Both the position numbers and the translations under genes were made by a program. A DNA stretch of 64,000 nucleotides, taken from contig NZ_BAABFP010000005.1 in assembly GCF_039541115.1 (NCBI RefSeq), positions 372,001-436,000 of the forward strand. Direction: 5' to 3'. Within the stretch, counting starts at the first letter, position 1, and each line of letters opens with the position of its first letter. The notes beneath the pieces were generated by a model. The model saw nothing but the letters and a program-made list of their open reading frames with translations. It was not told the DNA's origin and ran no database searches. Origin of the DNA: Angustibacter luteus. GTDB lineage: Bacteria > Actinomycetota > Actinomycetes > Actinomycetales > Angustibacteraceae. Shown in pieces: positions 57,780-64,000 of this stretch.

Positions 57780-58988
57780 ATGGAATCCACGCCGCCCGCA
57801 GGGCCTCTGGCCGGGCTCGTCGTCGTCGACCTCACCCGAGCGCTGGCCGGACCGCACGCGGCGATGATGCTGGGCGACCTCGGCGCCCGTGTCATCAAGG
57901 TCGAGTCGCCGGGGCACGGTGACGACACCCGCGGGTGGGGACCGCCCTTCGTCACCGGGCCCGATGCCGGGACCGACCCAGCGGCTGAGCGGCAGTCGAC
58001 GTACTTCCTGTCCTGCAACCGGAACAAGGAGTCCCTGGCGCTCGACCTGAAGTCCGACGACGGCCGGGACACGCTGACCGCGCTCGTCCAGCGGGCCGAC
58101 GTGCTGTTGGAGAACTTCCGGACCGGCGTGCTGGATCGGCTCGGGTTCAGCACCGAGCGGCTGCTCGAGCTCAACCCTCGCCTGGTCGTGCTGTCCATCA
58201 GCGGCTTCGGCCACGACGGCCCGGAGGGTGGCCGGGCCGGCTACGACCAGATCGCGCAGGGCGAGGCGGGCCTGATGTCCCTGACCGGCGCCGGGCCGGA
58301 CGACCCGCAGCGGGTGGGGGTCCCGATCGGGGACCTCCTCGCCGGCATGTGGGGCGGCTACGGAGTGCTGGCCGCGCTGCTGGAGCGCGAGCGCACAGGG
58401 CTCGGCCAGGTCGTCCGGACGTCGTTGCTGGCCGGCATCATCGGCGTGCACGCCTTCCAGGGGACCCGGTACACCGTCGCCGGCGAGGTCGGCCGGGCGG
58501 CCGGGAACCACCACCCCTCGATCTGCCCGTACGGCCTGTTCCACTGCCGGGACGGGGCGGTGCAGATCTCGGTCGGCAGCGAGGGCCTGTGGCGGCGGCT
58601 CTGCGCGGAGTTCGGCCTCGACCCGACCGCAGCGGGCATGGCGAGCAACCCGGAGCGGGTGCACCATCGCGAGGCAGTCATCGCCGCCATCGAGGCCGCC
58701 TTCACTGACCTGGACGCCGACCCGCTGCTCGCTCGGCTGGCCGCGGCGGGCATCCCGGCCGGGCGGGTGCGCACGCTGGACGAGGTGTACGCCTGGGACC
58801 AAACCCGCAGCCAAGGGCTGCTGGTCGATGTCGAGCACCCCACCCTGGGCGCGCTGACCCTGCCCGGCCCGCCGCTGCGGTTCTTCGCCGCCGACGGCGA
58901 GGAGACGACCAAACGCCAGCACGCGGCGCCGCCCCTGCTCGACGCCGACGCCGAGTCGGTGCGCGCCTGGCTGGTGAGCGAATCCTGA
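57780..58988 (+). CDS. Class III CoA-transferase (CaiB/BaiF)
   Basis: AGPHAAMMLGDLGARVIKVE, NRNKES, ENFR, ISGFG, GYD. Confidence 0.93.
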   Translation: MESTPPAGPLAGLVVVDLTRALAGPHAAMMLGDLGARVIKVESPGHGDDTRGWGPPFVTGPDAGTDPAAERQSTYFLSCNRNKESLALDLKSDDGRDTLTALVQRADVLLENFRTGVLDRLGFSTERLLELNPRLVVLSISGFGHDGPEGGRAGYDQIAQGEAGLMSLTGAGPDDPQRVGVPIGDLLAGMWGGYGVLAALLERERTGLGQVVRTSLLAGIIGVHAFQGTRYTVAGEVGRAAGNHHPSICPYGLFHCRDGAVQISVGSEGLWRRLCAEFGLDPTAAGMASNPERVHHREAVIAAIEAAFTDLDADPLLARLAAAGIPAGRVRTLDEVYAWDQTRSQGLLVDVEHPTLGALTLPGPPLRFFAADGEETTKRQHAAPPLLDADAESVRAWLVSES

Positions 58989-59007
58989 CCAAACAACGGC
59001 ACGGCGC

Positions 59008-59023
59008 TGGCGAGTGCTCGCCA
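59008..59023 (+). promoter_or_regulatory. Putative regulon operator, copy 3 (-51..-36 of the carbamate kinase start)
   Basis: TGGCGAG-tg-CTCGCCA palindrome, 23 nt upstream of TAGGTT -10. Confidence 0.55.
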
Positions 59024-59058
59024 TGACGGGCGCCGCCGGGCTCGCCTAGGTTCACGGT

Positions 59059-60012
59059 GTGCGAGTACTCGTCGCCCTGGGTGGCAACGCGATGACCGCC
59101 GCGGACGGCTCGGCCAGCCCGCAGGCGCAGATCGAGGCCGTCCGCGAGGCCATGGAGCCGGTGGCCGACCTGGTCGCCAGCGGTCACGAGGTCGTCCTCA
59201 CCCACGGCAACGGGCCGCAGGTGGGCAACCTGCTGGTGAAGAACGAGCTCGCCGCGGCCGTGGTGCCGCCGGTCCCGCTGGACTGGTGCGGCGCCCAGAC
59301 CCAGGCAACGATCGGCTTCGTCGTCCTCAACGCCCTGGAGGTGGCGTTGCGACGGCGCGGCTTGCGACGACCCGCGGCTGCCCTGGTGACGCGCACGCGC
59401 GTCGACGGTGCCGACCCCGGCTTCACGACCCCGACCAAGCCGATCGGCCGCTACCTGACCGTCGACGAGGCACAGGTGCTGGTCGGTCACGGCCAGACCT
59501 GGCAGGACCGCGGTGAGCGTGGCTGGCGGCGCGTCGTCGCCTCCCCGGAGCCGCTGGAGATCCTGGACGCCGAACCGGCCCGTGCCCTCGTCGACTCCGG
59601 CTACGTGGTGGTGGCCGGCGGCGGCGGTGGCATCCCGTGCATCGTCGAGCCCGACGGCTCGATCCGCGGAGTCGAGGCCGTCATCGACAAGGACCTCTCG
59701 GCGGCGCTCCTCGGCCGCGCCCTTCAGGTTGATGTGCTGGTGATCGCCACCGACGTCGAGGCGGTCGCCACCGGATTCGGGTCGCCGAACCAGAGGTCGC
59801 TCGGTGCGGTCGACGTCGCCGAGCTGCGGGCGCTGGCCGAGGCGGGGGAGTTCGCCAGTGGCTCCATGGGCCCGAAGGTCGAGGCGGTCTGCCGGTTCGT
59901 CGAGTCGGGCGGCTCCCGGGCCGCCATCTGCAACCTGCACCAGATCGCCGCCGCCGCTGCGGGCGAGGCGGGAACCGTCGTCCAGCCAACTGCCGCAACC
60001 AGCGAGGAGTAG
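59059..60012 (+). CDS. arcC: Carbamate kinase
   Basis: [50 protein letters not shown]. Confidence 0.96.
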   Translation: MRVLVALGGNAMTAADGSASPQAQIEAVREAMEPVADLVASGHEVVLTHGNGPQVGNLLVKNELAAAVVPPVPLDWCGAQTQATIGFVVLNALEVALRRRGLRRPAAALVTRTRVDGADPGFTTPTKPIGRYLTVDEAQVLVGHGQTWQDRGERGWRRVVASPEPLEILDAEPARALVDSGYVVVAGGGGGIPCIVEPDGSIRGVEAVIDKDLSAALLGRALQVDVLVIATDVEAVATGFGSPNQRSLGAVDVAELRALAEAGEFASGSMGPKVEAVCRFVESGGSRAAICNLHQIAAAAAGEAGTVVQPTAATSEE

Positions 60013-60016
60013 CTCC

Positions 60017-61156
60017 ATGCCGCAGGCCATCGAGGTCCGCAAGGTGCCCATCGGTTCCGTGAGCGACGCGAGCGGGCTCGCTGAGCTGATCGACGCCGGG
60101 GTGATGGACGCCGACCGCGTCGTCGCCGTCATCGGGAAGACCGAGGGCAACGGTGGGGTCAACGACTACACCAGGATCATCGCCGACCGGGCCTTCCGCG
60201 AGGTGCTCGTGGACAAGGGCACCCGCTCGGCGGACGAGGTGAGCCAGGTGCCCATCGTCTGGTCGGGCGGGACGGACGGCGTGATCAGTCCGCACGCCAC
60301 AGTGTTCGCCACGGTGCCGGACGGCGAGCAGGTGCAGACCGACGAGCCCCGGCTCACCGTCGGCTTCGCGATGAGCGAGGTGCTGGCCCCGGAGGACATC
60401 GGCCGGGTGGCCATGGTCAGCAAGGTGGCGGACGCCGTCCGCATCGCGATGCAGCGGGCGGGCATCACCGATGTCGCGGACGTGCACTACGTGCAGACCA
60501 AGACGCCGCTGCTGACCATCCACACCATCCGCGACGCGAAGTCTCGCGGCGAGAGCGTGTGGACCGAGCACACCCACGAGTCGATGGACCTGTCCAACGG
60601 CTGCACGGCGCTCGGCATCGCGGTGGCCCTGGGGGAGATCGAGATGCCCACCGACGCCGACGTCATGCACGACCGGTCGCTGTACTCGTCCGTGGCCTCG
60701 TGCTCCTCGGGCGTCGAGCTGGACCAGGCCCAGGTCGTCGTCGTGGGCAATGCCCGCGGAGTGGGTGGGCGCTACCGCATCGGCCACTCGGTCATGCGGG
60801 ACGCGCTGGACGCCGACGGCATCTGGTCGGCCATCAAGGACGCCGGGCTCGAGCTCCCCGAGCGGGCGCACCACAGCGACCTGGACGGCCGGCTGGTCAA
60901 CGTGTTCCTCAAGTGCGAGGTCTCCCAGGACGGCGTGGTGCGCGGGCGCCGCAACGCCATGCTGGACGACTCGGACGTGCACTGGCACCGCCAGATCAAG
61001 TCGTGCGTCGGCGGGGTCACGGCCGCGGTGACCGGTGACCCGGCTGTCTTCGTGTCGGTCTCGGCGGCGCACCAGGGCCCGGACGGTGGCGGCCCCGTCG
61101 CGGCCATCGTCGACCTGGGAGACGAGCCCACCGGCTACCGGCCACCGACCCTGTAG
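60017..61156 (+). CDS. bar: Barbiturase (AtzD/barbiturase ring-opening amidohydrolase family)
   Basis: [48 protein letters not shown]; barbiturase-type signatures, very like the Rhodococcus enzyme as I recall it. Confidence 0.92.
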   Translation: MPQAIEVRKVPIGSVSDASGLAELIDAGVMDADRVVAVIGKTEGNGGVNDYTRIIADRAFREVLVDKGTRSADEVSQVPIVWSGGTDGVISPHATVFATVPDGEQVQTDEPRLTVGFAMSEVLAPEDIGRVAMVSKVADAVRIAMQRAGITDVADVHYVQTKTPLLTIHTIRDAKSRGESVWTEHTHESMDLSNGCTALGIAVALGEIEMPTDADVMHDRSLYSSVASCSSGVELDQAQVVVVGNARGVGGRYRIGHSVMRDALDADGIWSAIKDAGLELPERAHHSDLDGRLVNVFLKCEVSQDGVVRGRRNAMLDDSDVHWHRQIKSCVGGVTAAVTGDPAVFVSVSAAHQGPDGGGPVAAIVDLGDEPTGYRPPTL

Positions 61157-61259
61157 CCGCAGGGTCCGCCATCACGAGGCGTCGGACAGATCTCGGTCTG
61201 GTCGGCGGCCGCGGGAAGAGCCACCAGCCGGTGCAGGAGCACCCACTAGGCTGGCGGAC

Positions 61260-62030
61260 GTGAGCCTGGCCGTCCGCGTGATCCCCTGCCTGGACGTCGA
61301 CGCGGGTCGCGTCGTCAAGGGCGTGAACTTCGAGCAGCTGCGCGATGCCGGGGATCCGGTCGAGCTCGCTCGGCGCTACGACGCCGAGGGTGCCGACGAG
61401 CTGACCTTCCTGGACGTGACCGCCTCCAGCGATGACCGCAGCACGACCTACGACGTCGTGTCGCGCACCGCCGAGGAGGTCTTCATCCCACTGACCGTCG
61501 GCGGCGGGGTGCGCTCGGTCGCCGACGTCGACCGCCTGCTGCGAGCCGGTGCCGACAAGGTGGGCATCAACACCGCGGCCATCGAGCGGCCGACCCTGAT
61601 CGCCGAGGTGGCGGACCGGTTCGGCGCCCAGGTGCTGGTGCTCAGCGTCGATGCGCGTCGTACCCGTCCGGGGACCACGACGGACTCCGGTTTCGAGGTC
61701 ACCACCCGGGGCGGCCGTCAGGGCACAGGGATCGACGCGGTGCACTGGGCGGCCCGCGCCGCTGAGCTGGGCGCGGGGGAGATCCTGCTCAACGCGATGG
61801 ACGCGGACGGCACCACGCAGGGCTTCGACCTCGAGCTGATCGAGCTGGTGCGCCGGGAGGTGACGGTGCCACTGGTCGCGAGCGGCGGTGCGGGCACGGC
61901 GCGGCACTTCGTCGAGGCGGTGGCGTCCGGCGCGGACGCCGTGCTCGCGGCCAGCGTCTTCCACTTCGAGCGGCTGCGCGTGCGCGAGGTGAAGGCCGCC
62001 ATCAGCGACGCGGGCTACCCGGTCCGCTGA
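61260..62030 (+). CDS. hisF: Imidazole glycerol phosphate synthase subunit
   Basis: [41 protein letters not shown]. Confidence 0.98.
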   Translation: MSLAVRVIPCLDVDAGRVVKGVNFEQLRDAGDPVELARRYDAEGADELTFLDVTASSDDRSTTYDVVSRTAEEVFIPLTVGGGVRSVADVDRLLRAGADKVGINTAAIERPTLIAEVADRFGAQVLVLSVDARRTRPGTTTDSGFEVTTRGGRQGTGIDAVHWAARAAELGAGEILLNAMDADGTTQGFDLELIELVRREVTVPLVASGGAGTARHFVEAVASGADAVLAASVFHFERLRVREVKAAISDAGYPVR

Positions 62031-62073
62031 CCCACCCTGCGGGGTACGAGCGCCGATCGGCCGAGCCGGGGCC

Positions 62074-62706
62074 TCAGAACCCGGACGACGACGCGCGGAG
62101 CCGCTCGATCGCGTCGTTCGGCCCGTCCAGGTCCACCTGCGCGACGTCCCGCCTCCCGAAGACGAAGAGCAGGAGCTCGGCGGGCGGGCCCTCGACCCGC
62201 ACGCTCGGGTGCCCGCGCTTGCCCGTCGCCCGGCCGTGGGCCGGCGCGACCAGCTCGACGCCGACGTCGCAACTGCGCAGCGCGAGCTTGCCGGCCAGGC
62301 CGCAGGCCTTCCACAGCGCCTGCTCGAAGTCAGGGTGCAGCACTCGGGGCTTCCAGTCGGGCTGGGCCCGGCGCACGTCCTCGTGGTGCACGAAGAACTC
62401 GGCGGTGTTGGTGGCCTCGTCCAGGACCCTCCACCGCGCCGGGTTCCACGCGGGGGGACCGCTGCGGACCTGCTCGACGAGCTCGTCCCAGGGCTGCGCG
62501 GCCAGCTCGCCCTGGACGGCCGTGGTGTGCGCGGACAGGCCGGGGATGTAGAGACCGGCCTGGGCGTCCGGGCGCCGCTCGCGCAGGACCAGGTGGGCGG
62601 CCAGGTCGCTGGAGTTCCAGCCCTCGCACAGGGTCGGTGCGTCCGGGCCGGTCTGCAGGAACGTCTCGCACAGGGCCAGGCGCTCCGTGCGGGCGTGGGT
62701 GCTCAT
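62074..62706 (-). CDS. TIGR03085-like DinB/MDMPI superfamily metal-binding protein
   Basis: APTLCEGW...LAAHLVLRERRPD, EFFVHHEDVRRA. Confidence 0.88.
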   Translation of the reverse strand: MSTHARTERLALCETFLQTGPDAPTLCEGWNSSDLAAHLVLRERRPDAQAGLYIPGLSAHTTAVQGELAAQPWDELVEQVRSGPPAWNPARWRVLDEATNTAEFFVHHEDVRRAQPDWKPRVLHPDFEQALWKACGLAGKLALRSCDVGVELVAPAHGRATGKRGHPSVRVEGPPAELLLFVFGRRDVAQVDLDGPNDAIERLRASSSGF

Positions 62707-62785
62707 GCCCCGATCCTCGCATCCGGACCTGTCGGTCGCTCGTGAGAGGCTGGTGGCCGTCCGATCGCCTACCGGAAGTGAGCCC

Positions 62786-64000
62786 GTGGAGACCCGCCCC
62801 TACACCTTGCGTCGCGGTCTGCACGTGCTCGGCCAGGGCATCCGTCGCGTCCCGGGGATCTTCGCCCTGGCGGTGGTCGGCAGCGCGCTCTACGGCGTCA
62901 TGACCGCTGGGACGGCGTGGGCTCTCGGCCGCGTGACGAGCGAGGTGATCACGCCGGCGTTCAGCTCGGGGCAGATCGACGTCAGCGAGCTCGCGGCGGG
63001 TGCCGGCCTGATGGCCGCCGTGGCGCTGCTGCTGACCACGGGCGTGATCATGCGGCGGATCGCCGCCGGGTTCGCCGTCTACGACCTGGGGGCGATCTAC
63101 CGCCGCCGGGTTACCGCGCAGTACCTGCGACTGCCGCTGTCCTGGCACGGCCGGCACCCGACCGGGCAGCTGCTGTCCAACGCCAACGCGGACGTCGAGG
63201 CGACCTGGCAGGTGTTCGCGCCCTTGCCCATGGCGATCGGCGTGGTCGTGATGCTGGCGGTCGCGGCGGTGTCGATGGTCCTGGCCGACCCGGTGCTCGC
63301 CCTGATCGGCTTCTGCGTCTTCCCGCTGGTCTTCCTGGTCAACGTCGTGTTCCAGCGCTGGATGTCCCCGCGGGTGACCCGGGCGCAGCAGCTGCGGGCC
63401 GACGTGTCCGACGTGGCGCACGAGAGCTTCGACGGCGCGATGGTCGTCAAGGCCATGGGCCGCGAGCTGGCCGAGACCGAGCGCTTCACCGTCGTGTCGC
63501 AGCAGCTGCGGAACGCGAACGTCTCGGTGGGCCGCACCCGCGGCGTCTTCGACCCGATCATCGAGGCCATCCCGAACCTCGGGACGCTCGCGGTGCTAGC
63601 CGTCGGCACCGCCCAGGTCGCCTCCGGGGCGACGACGGCGGCCACTGTCGTCCAGGTCGCCTACCTGTTCTCCTTGCTGGGTTTCCCGGTGCGCGCACTC
63701 GGCTGGGTTCTCGGCGAGCTGCCGCGCAGCGTCGTCGGCTGGGACCGCGTGCAGTCGGTGCTGGACGCCGAGGGCGGCCTGACCTACGGCGACCGCACCC
63801 TGCCCAGGGACGGCGCGGCCGAGCTGGAGCTGCACGGGGTCTCGTTCGCGCACCAGGACGCCGCGGGCGAGCGGGTGCCGGTGCTGCACGACGTGGACCT
63901 GTCGGCCGAGCCGGGTCGCACTGTGGCGTTGGTCGGGGCGACGGGCTCTGGCAAGTCCACGTTGACGGCCCTCGTGACGCGGCTCGCCGACCCTGACTCG
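62786..64000 (+). CDS. ABC exporter, fused TMD-NBD (3' end outside window)
   Basis: My translation from GTG 62786 gives METRPYTLRRGL..., TM helices, TGQLLSNANAD, and Walker A GATGSGKST near 63935. Confidence 0.88.
   Translation, partial: METRPYTLRRGLHVLGQGIRRVPGIFALAVVGSALYGVMTAGTAWALGRVTSEVITPAFSSGQIDVSELAAGAGLMAAVALLLTTGVIMRRIAAGFAVYDLGAIYRRRVTAQYLRLPLSWHGRHPTGQLLSNANADVEATWQVFAPLPMAIGVVVMLAVAAVSMVLADPVLALIGFCVFPLVFLVNVVFQRWMSPRVTRAQQLRADVSDVAHESFDGAMVVKAMGRELAETERFTVVSQQLRNANVSVGRTRGVFDPIIEAIPNLGTLAVLAVGTAQVASGATTAATVVQVAYLFSLLGFPVRALGWVLGELPRSVVGWDRVQSVLDAEGGLTYGDRTLPRDGAAELELHGVSFAHQDAAGERVPVLHDVDLSAEPGRTVALVGATGSGKSTLTALVTRLADPDS

Noticed and set aside
59059..60012. Arginine deiminase pathway
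   Set aside because: No arcA, arcB or arcD here; the carbamate kinase is coupled to barbiturase.
60017..61156. Cyanuric acid hydrolase (AtzD)
   Set aside because: Has NGGVNDY, SCSSG and SVSAAHQGP rather than the NGCVNDF, SxSAG and SGGAEHQGP signatures; no biuret or allophanate hydrolase recognised nearby.

Overview
High-GC actinobacterial chromosome segment; the gene order fits a Kineosporiales/Micrococcales-like organism. Positions 1-34000 are mostly conserved core genes: aroK-aroB-efp-nusB, bldD, the pyrR-pyrBC-carAB-pyrK-pyrD-pyrF operon, mIHF-gmk-rpoZ-coaBC-metK, priA, def-fmt-rsmB, rpe, an FMN-riboswitch rib operon and hisE-hisG. An accessory block of about 27 kb (34000-61200) separates hisG from hisF. 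It holds a SigL/RslA-like ECF pair and a large nucleobase catabolic cluster: NCS2 permease, three-subunit molybdenum hydroxylase plus CoxG, nitrilase-family amidase, ATP-dependent hydantoinase/oxoprolinase A+B, barbiturase, carbamate kinase, a DUF2877-FdrA-DUF1116 (AllH/F/G-like) trio, a PucR regulator and a MocA-like enzyme. Three of these operons look leaderless and carry a related 16-bp motif at exactly -51..-36, which suggests one regulon. The best hypothesis, which is inference and untested, is an energy-conserving oxidative pyrimidine pathway in which ureidomalonate is cleaved phosphorolytically to carbamoyl phosphate and ATP is recovered. No rRNA, tRNA, CRISPR array or mobile element was recognised. 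All gene calls rest on recognised sequence motifs, not database searches.
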